64,000 nt of DNA from the human T2T-CHM13v2.0 reference genome, Homo sapiens: the NCBI RefSeq assembly GCF_009914755.1, contig NC_060934.1; one strand, written 5' to 3'. Of this stretch, positions 43,191 to 55,542 are shown piece by piece (positions within the stretch are counted from its first letter, which is position 1; each line of letters starts with the position of its first letter). The position numbers were made by a program, and so were the translations under genes. The notes beneath the pieces were generated by a model that was not told the DNA's origin, did not search any database, and saw only the letters and a list, made by a program, of their open reading frames with translations.

Positions 43191-43519
43191 TTTAATGACT
43201 TTTTTTTCCTACACAACAATCAACACAAGAGCATTCCCAAACCTCTTTTAGACCTGTCAGGTTAGTTTGTTGACAGATATCTAGATGAACTTTCTTTTCC
43301 AAATAAGTTATTCTCTGTGAAAGCATTTTGAAACTGTCTGAATTTACAATACCTACCAGGTATGGGAATCTAAGTTATGAAATTAACATAAACATATTTG
43401 CACCGTGATGAAAAAACTAAAGCATCTTAGCAGAGGCAAAAGGTAATCCTCTATTCACCAGAAGGACCCCTCCATGACTGATGGAACTGGAAGACCAATG
43501 GAAAACATGCCCCAACAAT

Positions 43520-44480
43520 GGCAAACTGCCTGTCAAACATCACAAATGACACAAAAAAATAAATTTCTATAAGAGAGTCATAAGTTACAGCAAATATAGG
43601 AATATGAACCCCAAGAACTAAAAAAATTGTCAATTTGTTGTTTCAAAGTACTATAAATGTATTAATATCAACAACTAAAGAAGATAAAACATAAACAGAA
43701 CAAAAAAAATGATAAAACAACCAGAGGATATTTGAAAGAACCAAATAAAATTACAGAAATGAAAACAATAATCATTTGATGTGGGGAAAAAAGCCCTCAA
43801 TGGACAGACTAAACAAAAGATAGGCACAGTTGATAAGATAAATAGTTAGAGCATGGATTTGAGGAAAAGTCATGTAGAGAGTAGAGTAGAGAGGTTATTA
43901 AACAGAAAAAAATAAAAAAGTTAGGAACATGGAAGACAGAAGAAAAGGCACCAAATTAAGTCAAATAGGTTTTCCAGAAACAAAAAATAACAGGAAATGT
44001 GAATATAATATATTTCAAAATATAATGGTAAAAAATTTTCTAGAATTGATAAAAGATAAACTCTTAGATTGAGGGACCACCCAAAATACCAAGAAGGATG
44101 GTTTACAAATAGAAAATGTGGTTGATAGCAATTGTTGGTAAGAATGTGAGGAGTCCAGAACCCTTGTGCACTAAGTACATGTATGGCAAATTGGTATAGC
44201 CACTCTAGAAGACGGTCTAATATTATAATGTAAAATTAATTCTAGAACCCAGTGCGAGTACAGAAACACTTTTAGAAGTATTCCTGTACTCTCTTTTAGA
44301 AGTATGTCTGACTTCTGCTTCTGGAACTACATATCATACCCACCCTCACTCTCAAAAAATATTCTTAAATTGATCCGTAAGGGAACATTCACAAAAGTGC
44401 TTTCCATACTTATCTTTGGGTTAGTAGAGACTTGGAGGCAATCCAGGTGTTTGTCTCCAAAAGATAATTTAAATGTAGTG
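43520..44480 (+). mobile_element. Very old L1ME/HAL1-like fragments (ORF1-like, then 3' fragment)
   Basis: A-rich ORF1-like GGAAGACAGA...AATAGGTTTTCCAGAA...AAAATTTTCTAGAATTGATAAAAGA; then TGTTGGTAAGAATGTG...ATTGGTATAGCCACT. Confidence 0.55.
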
Positions 44481-45511
44481 GATGGTAATTCCATTTTTGC
44501 CATAGATAGAGCAAAGGAGCCCAGCATGAGGGTTTGACCAAATAGCTTAATCCACCATCAACAAGTAGAAGTTCCGTCACCATTTAACCTTGTCGCTTCC
44601 CCATTCTCTGGTCTTATTTCAAACATTCTTATTACATGAATTTTGAATCTTTTTATTTTACACTCCACTTTTCTCAAGCTCTCATATTTTCCAACATTAA
44701 TGGTTTTTATTTTTTTTTCCATCTGTGCTGTATTCTGGTTAATTGCTCATATGTTAATTCAGTTTATGATTCTCTCTTCATTTGTATCTAATTTGCTGTT
44801 TAAATTGTTGATTGGATTTTTTATTCCAATGACTTTATTTTTTATTTCTGGAAATTTGATTAGCTTCTTTTTACAGATATTCCTTTTATAGTGTTTGTAT
44901 TTTCATGGGATTTTAATTACTGTTAAAATATTTTGGTGATATTAAACTTAATTAGTTTGTGTTCTCTTTTTAATTGTTTTATTTTCACAGTGTTTCAGGC
45001 TTTAATATTTCTGTTAATTGAGTCTACTAACACTCCATTTTGGTGCATTGTTTAACTTTTTAAACAATAAAAATCAAAAAAGCTTTTATTGTAAGCTAAT
45101 CTTTTTTTTTACTGTAAAGATCTTTTCATAGCATAAATTATGAAACTGTCTGGGTAAAGAGATTTTGTGTTTATGACGGTAAGAAATTCTAGGGCTATCA
45201 CTTACCCAGAATTGGTGCTCATTTTATTTTCTAAATATTTAGAATCCAAGATATCTTTTGGTAAATTGAATCACAATATGAGAGGTTTTCGGACTCATAG
45301 AAAATTTTCTTATCCCACATTGCAGGCAGAGAGGAAATGAACAAAATATTTTCTTTTTCTTTTTTTTTGATTTTTGGTTCTCTGTTCAATTTAGGTATAA
45401 TCCTCATAGGATTAAGGCTTTTCTTTTGGGTAATACAGTTTTAAATTTTCATCCCTGTGAATCAACATTTTCCATTACTGTCTCTATAGACATAAAGCCC
45501 CACTCTCTAGA

Positions 45512-45779
45512 CCAGGGCTCTCAACTTGAGTACTGTTGACTTTTGGCGTCACAGAATTCTTTGTTCTAGGTGGTTTTCTTCTGTACTGTAGAATGTTTAG
45601 CAGAATTCCTAGCTTCTACCCTTTGCATGCCATTAATACCGTTCATACTATGCCACTCCCATAGTTGTGACAAACAAAAATTTGTCTGCGGATATTGCTT
45701 AAGTGTCCCCCTGCTTCAGGGCAAAATTATCTCTTAGCTACTTGAGAGGCTGAGGCAGGAGTATCACTTAAGAACCACT
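45512..45779 (-). mobile_element. MER20 hAT-Charlie MITE with a foreign ~35-bp insert in its terminal repeat
   Basis: CAGGGCTCTCAACTTG...TGTAGAATGTTTAGCAG...AGTTGTGACAAACAAAAAT...GGGCAAAAT...[insert]...GAACCACT. Confidence 0.85.
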
Positions 45780-45782
45780 TTG

Positions 45783-46096
45783 GGCCGGGCCCAGTGGCTC
45801 ATGCCTGTAATCCCAGCACTTTGGGAGTCCGAGGTTATTGGATCACCTGAGGTCAGGAGTTTGAGACCAGCCTTGCCAACGTGCTGAAACTCCATCTCTA
45901 CTAAAAATACAAAAAAAAATTAGCTGGGCATGGTGGCGCTTGCCTGTAATCTCAGCTACTTGAGAGACTGAGGCAGGGGAATCGCTTCAACCCGGGAGGC
46001 GGAGGTTGCAATGAGGCGAGATCATGCCATTACACTCCAGCCTGGGCAACAAGAGCAAGATTCCATCAGAAAAAAAACAAAACAAACAAAAAAAAA
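45783..46096 (+). mobile_element. AluSx-like
   Basis: GGCCGGGC...GATCACCTGAGGTCAGGAGTT...; ACCACT on both sides (45774-45779 and ~46098-46103). Confidence 0.95.
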
Positions 46097-46849
46097 CACC
46101 ACTGATGTATGTTACTGATCTTTATCTCTTTCAATTGTTCAATCCTCCTGCCTTCCAGCCCCTCCCCACCATGAAAGCAGCACTGCAACAACTCCTCACA
46201 CAATCATTTCAGTAATTTCCAGTTTATTCTCATTTTTCTGTCCTGGTACCTGAGAAATTTCTTTAGAATCTAGCAATCTCAGCTATATAGTTTTTAAATG
46301 TTTGCTTAAATTTGTTGTGCACTTCTATATGTTTCCAGGGAAAGAGTTTTTGAGTTATTTCAGCATAGCACCTATTGCACAAGCAGGAAGAAGTCCTCTG
46401 ACTCTCCAAAGAGGATTCTCTTCAAAAAACCTGCTCTTTAAAAACCTGATGTAAACTCCTGATAACCCAATCAAATAATACGCCAATGGCAATTTTAAGC
46501 TTCAGGAATATCAACAACATCAAACATCAAATATCATCGCAAGCATCATTAAGTTATTGAGATTCGACCACATGTAGAGGATGACTTTTCATCTTTAGTG
46601 TAAAGATCTCTCTTCTGAAATGTAGGCTGCGCATATTTCTATTCATTTGTTACCATTCTTACAAAAGCACTACCAGGAATGTCAGAAAGACATTGTCTGA
46701 GATGGTTTGTTCCATCACCATGACCCTAATATGTGTAGCCTATTTAAAAAGAGATAAAATGCTAATTTTGATTCTTATAAAGCATTTCTTCAATTATCAA
46801 AATATTTCTTCATAAATTCTTAGATAGTAAAAAATTTTATAGTAATGAA

Positions 46850-47005
46850 GAGACCATTGGCTTTAGAGTTAGAACCCTAGGATCAAATTCTGACTCTCAA
46901 TTGTGTGACCTGAGACCATTTGCTTAACTTCTGTGAGCTTCAATCCCTTTTTCAGGTTACAATAATTACTGCTTTACTGAAAGTTTTACAGATTTAATAA
47001 GACAA
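46850..47005 (+). mobile_element. MIR
   Basis: TGGCTTTAGAGTTAGA...TGTGTGACCTGAG...GCTTAACTTCTGTGAGCTTCA. Confidence 0.7.
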
Positions 47006-47035
47006 TGTTTATATATTCTTTACTAAAATATAATG

Positions 47036-47358
47036 AGCTGGGCACAGTGGCTCATACCTTAATCCCAGTGCTTTGGGAAGCCAAGGTGAGAGGATCATGT
47101 GAGGTCAGGAATACAAGACCACCCTGGCAACATAATGAAACCCTGTCTCTACAAAAAAACTTTTACATTAAGTGGGAGTGGTGGTGTGCACCTGTAGTCT
47201 TGAATACTTGAGAGGCTGAGGCAGGAGTATCACTTAAGCCCAGAAGTATGAGGTTATGATGAGCTGATCATGCCACTGCATTCAAGACTTGATGACAGGG
47301 CAAGACATCATCTCTAAAAAAGTGAAAGAAAAAGAAAGAAAGGAAAGAAAGAAAGAAG
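47036..47358 (+). mobile_element. AluJ, diverged, with (GAAA)n tail
   Basis: GGCAACATAATGAAACCCTGTCTCTACAAAAA, CACTTAAGCCCAG, GATCATGCCACTGCA. Confidence 0.9.
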
Positions 47359-48059
47359 AATGGATTTTACAATCATAAAATATCACAATTTATAGATGAA
47401 TCTATGGGAAATGCTGAGTTTGAGGTTTTTCAAAATCACAGACACAAATAGTGGACAAAATAAAAATTCAGACTTGTAAAATGATTAATCCGAATTCCTA
47501 ACACTGGAGTTAGTGGCCTCTGCCCTTCACAGAAAGCTAGCTAGTCAAGCATCTGGTCATGTATAGGACAAACACCAGCTTTTCTCAAAATTCTCTGAGA
47601 TGAACTAAGTCCAGCTTCCAAAATATGAGCCTTTAAACATTTGTTATTTTCTAGGTATAGCCGGTCAAATTCCTCTAAAAGATCACTGCTATTTTGGAAT
47701 TCTGTTGGAAACCTGATTTCAGGTACTTTGACATGATTCTGGGTTGTGTTGCTAAAATGTTTCAGGGTAATTATAGACATAATGCTATGTTATTTGTCAG
47801 GCAGAAAGAGAAATTCATCATACCTCATCATTTTTAGACTATTTGTGGATCAACCAGTGACTTCAAGGAGGGAGCATGAATTATCTGCAACTTTCGTTGA
47901 ATTATTCAGTACCTACCATGCATGATTCTAATTGTTTCAAAGGTATCTCCCTTAAAAATAAATGGCTTTTCAGCGAAATTTTTGCCTACGTCTTTGTTCG
48001 ATATGCAACAGCTTTATATCACCACTGAATTATAGAAGAGAAATTTACATTTATTGACA

Positions 48060-48252
48060 ATATATGTGTATATACAGACACATCCACATGAAATATATAT
48101 GTATATGTATATATTTATGTACACACATATGTAATCTATATATACACATAAATGTATGCATATCTACATATGCATATATGTATAAATACATACAGATACA
48201 CAAAGCACAAACATACATACATACATATATATACACACACACATAAATATAT
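48060..48252. repeat. (TA/CA)-rich alternating purine-pyrimidine low-complexity repeat
   Basis: TATATGTGTATATACAGACACAT...ATACACACACACAT. Confidence 0.85.
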
Positions 48253-48795
48253 TCATAGCTCTTCTTTTGAAAGTGATGAACATAATTTTCCACACAGGAA
48301 AATATTTTATGGTGAGCAAAATTGTGAATGTAATAGTGATAACAAGGTAACATTATATAAGTGGAAGATACACTAGAAATCAGAGGAGCTATTGAAGGAA
48401 GGCTGTGGAGGGCACCCGTGTAATGAGATGGAGAGGAGAAAGCCTTGAGTTCCCTCTAGAGGTTGGTGTATGCAGATGTTTCTCCTCTACACCTTTTTCT
48501 CTCATCCTTGTCCTAGGGCAGTTAGAGGAAGGCTGTTCCCCTAGAGAGAAAAATGTAGTATCAGGAAGAGAAGAAAACCTTTCCCTGTTTTATTTTAATT
48601 CCATTTTATTTTAATCCTTCTAAGTGTTTCTTAATGGCCATATTGAAAAATGACATAGGTAATAAGATTCCTAAAGATTGATTAATAGTTCCTTAGAACA
48701 CTCAAAATATCAAGACATTGCTGGAATTAAATTTAGCCACATCTATATTATATCCTAGGTCAAGCAGTGGCTGAACTCTCATTTTCCCATTTCTT

Positions 48796-49150
<355 letters not shown>

Positions 49151-49477
49151 TAAAATGGGTACCAGATAGCAACATAGAATCCCAGAAATATCAAATGTCA
49201 CATTATTTGTAATGCTATAAAACATGTTGTGAACTCATTATCAATTCCATTATTTGGTATCACAGAGGGAGTAAATTCTAACACAGTGATTACATCCTTA
49301 TCTTAATCCTGAAATATTTTAAAAGCTTTTGTTTTTCTGTTTATATAATCCTCCCACTTCCTCCTGGCCACGTAGGAACTAAGCCAGAAGCCTCTTCACC
49401 ATCAGCTAATGCCTGGTATGCAAGTGAAACTGAGGTTGCTCCTTTAACACCTGTTAACATGGAGTACCCACCCTACC

Positions 49478-49530
49478 TTTCTTTTTCTTTTTCTTTTTCT
49501 TTTTCTTTTTCTTTTTTTTTTGTTTCTTTT
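49478..49530. repeat. (TTTTTC)n polypyrimidine microsatellite
   Basis: CTTTTTCTTTTTCTTTTTCTTTTTCTTTTTCTTTTTTTTTT. Confidence 0.9.
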
Positions 49531-49904
49531 CAAATTCCATGAAGATATTTTAAAAATTAGAATACCAAGATATCACTGACATTATTTAGACAATGCACTG
49601 AAGATCCCCCAAATAAACTGTGACTACTGAAGCAGTTTACAATCTTCAGTACAAATTCCATCATAAAGTAGGAATATTGAAAGAAGAAAACATTACAGTG
49701 CCTGGTGTGAATTCATTGTTGCATACCACAGAGCATGGTATTATCTGAGGAAACAAGGTGGTCAGGGGAATTATAAGAACAATAGCAAGTTTTCTGTGTT
49801 TCCATTTGAGTGTATCTCCAGCATCTATTCATTCATCCTAATTGTCTAGAATCCACCTGTGAACTGACAGGAATTTACATAAATAATACATTAAGAACTT
49901 CTCC

Positions 49905-50440
49905 AATTATTTATTGCTACATAAAAACCACACCAAATTTTATGCCTTAAAGCAACAACTTATTATTTTCTCTCAGAATTCTGTGGATTGACGGGGCCTA
50001 ACTAGCAGCTACCATTTGTGAGACTTCAGTCAGATGACCGCTAATGTTATCTGAACATTGACTGGGATGGATAAAGACATGACTCACTCTGATGCAGATA
50101 ATCACCATTCTCACTGGGCAATCCCACTTGCCTGGAGGTCAGGTGGGATTGTTGCCCAGAGGACCCTCACATGGCCTCCTCATGAAGGTTGGACTTCTCA
50201 CCTTATGGTGGCTGGATTGCAAAAATTGGAAGAGGCCCAGAAAGAAGCCTCAAAGCCTTTTATGACCTCACCTTGGAAATACAACATCGCTTTCACTAAA
50301 TAGAATCATCAACAATCATTAAGATGGCCTAGATTTAAGAAGAGGTGAATTTGATTTCAGCTCTTGATGTGAGAAGCAGCATGCACAAAAAGGTAGAAGA
50401 ACAAACTGATGGCAGACATCTTTGTACACTAGCTACCACA
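49905..50440 (-). mobile_element. MLT1 (G/H-like) MaLR LTR
   Basis: TATTGCTACATAAAAACCAC...CTTAAAGCAACAAC...CTCTTGATGTGAGAAGCAGCATG...CATCTTTG...CTACCACA. Confidence 0.75.
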
Positions 50441-51088
50441 AAAGGTTAACTGTAGTTCTGATTTCCATACCTTGGAGAAACAATTTTTACTACTAATGCA
50501 AACTGACACCTCTTCATAACTAAAACACTAAATACTCAGGCAGAATTTTACAATGATGGTATCTCCTAATCCCCAGGTAATTCCTGAATTCCCTCACTTC
50601 CTTTAACACTCAATCTATGTATTTAATATCACCTGATCTCTATTTCCATTGTGCAAATATTCTCATTGACCTCCAACCACCACTTTTAGCTTCTTGCACT
50701 TCTAGCAGCCTAATCGTAGGTTAAGTGGACAATGTCCAAGGATACAGCCTACATTCATACGCAAAATTTATCATGGGAAAAGCTGTAAGCAATTTCATGG
50801 TCTTGCATTCCTCAAACACACGCTCAAGCTGGCTTTTAAAAAATTTCTTCAACACAGTGGGATTCAACAATTCTTTTAGCTCTGAGCCACAGCTATTGAA
50901 AGTTGACTACATGGAGAAATAAATAAGATTTCAGAACCCTGTAAAACAATATATCCTTCTTATTACATGTGCTTCTCCCCTAAACTTTGTTGTTTCTAAG
51001 CATTTAATATTCTTCCCTGGACCATGAATAAACCGTGCTACTGAGTGAAAAATCTTTCTTCAACTCCTTTTATTTATGATTCCATTTC

Positions 51089-51387
51089 TTTTTTTGAGAC
51101 CGGGTCTCGCTCTATCGCCCAGGCTGGAGTGCAGTGGCGCGATCTCGGCTCAACGCAAACTCTGCCTCCTGGGTTCAGCCATTCTCCTGCCTCAGCCTCC
51201 CAAGCAGCTGGGACTACAGGCGCCTGCCACCACACCTGGCTAATTTTTTTTTTTTTTTTTTGTATTTTTAGTAAAGACGGGGTTTCACCGTGTTAGCCAG
51301 GATGGTCTGGATCTCCTGACCTCGTGATCTGCCCACCTCAGCCTCCCAAAGTGTTGGGATTACAGGTGTGAGCCACAACGCCCGGCC
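51089..51387 (-). mobile_element. AluY
   Basis: CACCGTGTTAGCCAGGATGG, GACCTCGTGATC; perfect 18-bp TSD TATTTATGATTCCATTTC (51071-51088 / 51388-51405). Confidence 0.96.
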
Positions 51388-51442
51388 TATTTATGATTCC
51401 ATTTCAATAGAAATAACTTCTCAATTCCTAAGTGCAACCTAA

Positions 51443-52040
51443 TGATGAGATGAAAATCACTTGAGACCTTCCTGAACATCATCCCACCCACTGATATCTG
51501 CTTCCGTCAAGGGAATGGATTGTACAATTGAGTCAGCTGAGACCCTAGAAAATAATTTTTATTCCCACAGACGTCAGACTAGACCCAATAGATCCAAAGG
51601 GACCTTAGCTAAGCAGTGACCCATAGAGAACATTCAAATATGATCCCTTAGTATCCCTGGATAAAACCCAGAAACAGACCTTAATGAATAGATTTCCACA
51701 CAATCTGGAATTCGCACTCTTGAGGTAGAGCTTTGCCCATGAAAACATGATTCTTAACATTTAAAAACATGAATAAATATGCTCAGGCTTAAAAAATAAA
51801 TGCTTATTTTCACTACCTCCAGAATCTCAGCAACAGAAACTTTCTGAGAATCAAGCCTGCTCATTGAAAGACACACCTTAAACCAAATTTCTTATTTTTG
51901 ATAAAATCAACCTTGCCTTTCCTTCTCTGAGCACTAGAAAACACTGTCTAGGTGGTGTTCTCTCTTACTGTGATAAGCAATAAACTTAGTATGCTCTATC
52001 AACACGTCATGCTGATGTTTAGGGAGCTGATATTCCACCA
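51443..52040 (+). mobile_element. Probable old ERV1 LTR (MER89/MER90/MER110-like)
   Basis: 3' end GCAATAAACTTAG...TATCAACA...AGGGAGCTGATATTCCACCA with a poly(A) signal; LTR-like body. Confidence 0.45.
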
Positions 52041-52052
52041 AAAGTAGTGCTC

Positions 52053-52420
52053 AGATGATTTTTTTGGATTTGACCCCAAAAGCACAGGCAACAAAAGCAA
52101 AAATAGCCAAACTGGATTGCATCAAACTAAAAAGTCTCTGTACAGCAAACAACAAAACAAAAAAGCAATTTATAGAATGGGAAAAAAAATTTGCAAACCA
52201 TACATCTGATAAGGGGTTAATATCTGAAATATAAAAGGCACTCAGACAACTCGATAGTAAGAAAATAACCTGATTAAAAGTTTGTAAGGACCTAAATAGA
52301 CATTTTTCTTCAAAACAAGACATAAAAATTGTCAACATGTATATGAAAAGGCACACAACATCACCAACCATCAGGGAAATGCAAATTAAAACTGCAGTGA
52401 GATATCAGTTCACATTTGTT
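52053..52420 (+). mobile_element. L1MA ORF2 3' fragment (matching terminal piece at ~53036-53102)
   Basis: GGATTTGACCCCAAAAGCACAGGCAACAAAAGCAAAAATAG...TTTGCAAACCATACATCTGATAAGGGGTTAATATC. Confidence 0.85.
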
Positions 52421-52822
52421 TGTCATGCTGGACCTCTACTGATTCCAATATGGAGGGCACCTTGTTGGAGAGGCTGCAGAGAAGACCAGAGACAGGGAAT
52501 GAGACGTTGGGTTTATTGAGGACTTACATACAGAGGCCGTCCAGTGGCAGTGAGCTGGACAGGAGAACGGCTAACGTTTGTAAAAAGCGTGGAGTTTATA
52601 TATCATTTTTACTTAGCAACCTCCACACAACAACCTCCATTTAACCCAAAACAAAAGGCCCGGATGCCCTGTATGCCCACATCCCAACAAGTGGGCCTGG
52701 GGTTCAGATGTCCTGCATAGATAAGGAGTGAATCTTCAGGTTGACCATTCCCAGGTTCCTTAGCTTGGACCTCCAAACACATATTCTTTTTAGACCATAG
52801 GGTCATTCTCAGGATATGCTTT
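52421..52822 (-). mobile_element. LTR47-like ERVL LTR
   Basis: TGTCATGCTGGACC...GAGACGTTGGGTTTATTGAGG...GCAACCTCCAC...TTTAACCCAAAACAAAAGG. Confidence 0.6.
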
Positions 52823-53035
52823 TGACAGTGAAGGGATCTGTTCAGGTGTGTTTACATTCTTGGTCTTATAGGGAGGAGAAGAAAAAATCAATTGTCCTTG
52901 ATGGGTCTGGATCTTAGGCAGAGAAGGACTTTGGGAGGACAATGAGTGGGGGATGTTCAGAGAGAACTTGAGGTTTACTTCAATTCAGCATGTCAACAAT
53001 CCATATTTTGGCATATCTGTTTCTGAGCCCCAACA
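52823..53035 (-). mobile_element. ERV1 LTR 5' fragment (MER31/MER39/MER67 group)
   Basis: Minus-strand start TGTTGGGGCTCAGAAACAGATATGCCAAAATATGG...TTGACATGCTGAA. Confidence 0.65.
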
Positions 53036-53568
53036 TTTCTGCATATCATAAATATATACAATTTTTATTTTCCAATTAAAAATAATTAAATTTTAAAAAA
53101 AATAGTGCTCAGAATGCTGAAAACAAATCTGTCAAAGTCCTAGCAGAGGGGGAATGATAAAGTTGGCACAGGCATGCAAATATGGCATCAAAAGGTCAAA
53201 AGTGTCACTACTATTTTCCCTCTATCTTAGGTCACGTAAAGGATGTGCTCAAATAAGGCCTGTACTTCTCAAAATATTAAGGGCCAATCCTGGCTTTGGG
53301 ACACTTTCTAGATCCTCTGAATTATCTGACTTAAGGTTAAGAAATATCTAGGAAGTCATCTTTCCAGGTCTTTCTAGGTCATTGCAGATACACACACTTG
53401 CAGGTGAAACTGTCATTGCAAAGATTATGGTAGTGAGAAAAATCTAACATAGCTGACTCCATCTTGCTTCTAGCCTTCTAGGCTGGCTGTCTTCATGCAT
53501 TTCTGGGCATGGGCCAAGATTACTACAGAAGAAATTTAGTTTATAGTTTCACTTGGAAAAGATGATAA

Positions 53569-54179
53569 TGTTACCGGAAAGGGATCTCAATCCAGAGAGG
53601 GTTCTTGGATCTCACACAAGAAAGAATTTGAGGTGAATCCATAGAGTAATGTATTAGGAAAGTAAAGGAATAAAGAATGGCTACTCTGTAGGTAGAGCAG
53701 CCCCGATGGCTACTGGTTGGCTATTTTTATGGCTCTTTCTTGATTATATGCTGGACAAGGAATGGATTATTCATGAGTTTTCTGAGAAAGGGGTGGGCAA
53801 TTCTTGGAATTAAGGATTTCTCCCTTTGTTAGACCATATAGAGTAACTTCCTGACATTGCTATGCCATTTGAAACAGTTATGTTGCTGGTGGGTGCATCT
53901 TTTAGTGTATTAATGTATTAGAATTAGCATATAATGAGCAATGAGGACAAATGAGATCACTTTCAGGACCATCTTTGTTTTGGTGGGTTTTAGCCAGTTT
54001 CTTTACCACAATCTGTTTTATCCGCAAGGTCTTTGTGACCTGTATCTTGTGCTGACCTTCTACATCATCCTGTGACTAAGAATGCCTAACCTCCTGGGAA
54101 TGCAGCCCAGTAAGTCTCAGCCTTATTTTACCCAGCTCCTTTTCAAGATGGAGTTGCTCTGGTTCAAATGCCTCTGACA
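53569..54179 (-). mobile_element. MER41B-like ERV1 solo LTR nested in LTR8
   Basis: Minus-strand start TGTCAGAGGCATTTGAACCAGAGCAACTCCATCTTGAA; end ...TTTCCGGTAACA; 4-bp TSD ATAA (53565-53568 / 54180-54183). Confidence 0.9.
53780..53809. promoter_or_regulatory. Tandem GAS/STAT motifs in MER41B
   Basis: TTCTGAGAA (53780-53788) and TTCTTGGAA (53801-53809), both TTCN3GAA, at the position of the MER41B tandem STAT1 sites. Confidence 0.7.
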
Positions 54180-55485
54180 ATAACAGTCTCTATCTAAAAC
54201 TAACTCCCTTCTTGCTCAAGGAATGAAAATCTAATGAAAGGCCACAAGATTAGGATTATGGGAGGGGCCTGAACTCTCAGTAGTCACGTGGCCAGAAGCC
54301 ACAAGATTGGTAACTTCCTCAATTACTCCTGTTATACTGTAGATAACATCACTATTAAAGTACCTAAGATTGGTTTTTTAAAATGTCTTTTAGACTTTTG
54401 AATTCTGACAACTGATTGACTCCACTGGAACTCAGGACTCATAACTCATCCAGTCCTGTGGCCCCCACGCAGAGGCAGACTCAGCAAACAAGAACCATTT
54501 TCCACAGCCCTATGATTGCATTCCCCAACCGATGAGCAACTCCCATTTCCTAGTGCTCTGCACACCAAACTATCCTTGAAAAGCTCTAACCTCTGGACTT
54601 CTGGAAGACTGATTTTAATGATAACTCTATCACCTAAATGACTAGCTTCTTTCTTTACTGCAAAGCCACAGTCTCAGTGAACTGGTTTTTGTCTGTGCAG
54701 TTCTTCTTGCGCAGCAGGCAGGAAGAACCCATTGGGCGATTACACACACACATTCATACGCATATATACACACACAAACGTACATGAATACATAGAAAGA
54801 GAGAGAGAGACATGGACTGTGCTTATTCTTGCCCCCCACTTACCTTGAGTTAGGACAGCCTTTGGAACAACTCTAAAAACAGAACCGACGTCTTAACACA
54901 TTAAAAAACTGATACTGTATTGAAGATTCATTCCATGGGGAAATGGGGAAGAAAAGGTATAACACACAGCAGAAACTTAATAAAGTCCCTTATTAGACAT
55001 ATTCATTCTTTCTCCTTCCAAGTTCCTTAAATTAGCAAACCACTCCTCTCTCCTTTCTTTTGCTTCCCACTTAATACAAATCCCTTCTATAGTTCAGAGC
55101 AACCCATCCCTTTCTATCTCTTAACAAAACAAAAGTCTGCAATTAGCTAAAATTTTCCTGCTTAGAACGCAATTTGGGGAATAATCATCTGCTACTCCAG
55201 CCAAAGCAAGTGGAGGGATGGTGGGGTGGAGGGGGTGTCACCTTTTCTCATAAAAGAATTTACCCCAAAATTTTACATATGCAGTTCATTTGTACAATAT
55301 TCAAGTTACATCAGACCTCCGTAATTGAACTTTGGCTAAATCCAAATCATGTATGCTGAAAACGGAAGTAATATTCTACCAGAGGAAGAAGTTTTTAATC
55401 AAGATGAAGTAACAGGAGTCTATAGACAAATATTCAATGACCTGGAAAATTAAAATGAGGATTAATTTCAACCAACAACTTGCTC

Positions 55486-55542
55486 TGTGTGTGTGTGTGT
55501 GTGTGTGTGTGTATGCATGTGCATGTGTGTGTGTGTGTGTGT
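55486..55542. repeat. (TG)n microsatellite, interrupted
   Basis: About (TG)13, then TATGCATGTGCA, then about (TG)9. Confidence 0.92.

Larger units (their letters stand above)
53405..54744 (+). mobile_element. LTR8-family solo LTR, split by MER41B
   Basis: Start TGAAACTGTCATTGCAAAGATTATG...GACTCCATCTTGCTTCTA; end GGAAGAACCCATTGGGCGATTACA. Confidence 0.85.

Noticed and set aside
48051-48376. Tyr/Ile/His/Cys-rich ORFs
   Set aside because: Translations of a TA/CA low-complexity repeat.
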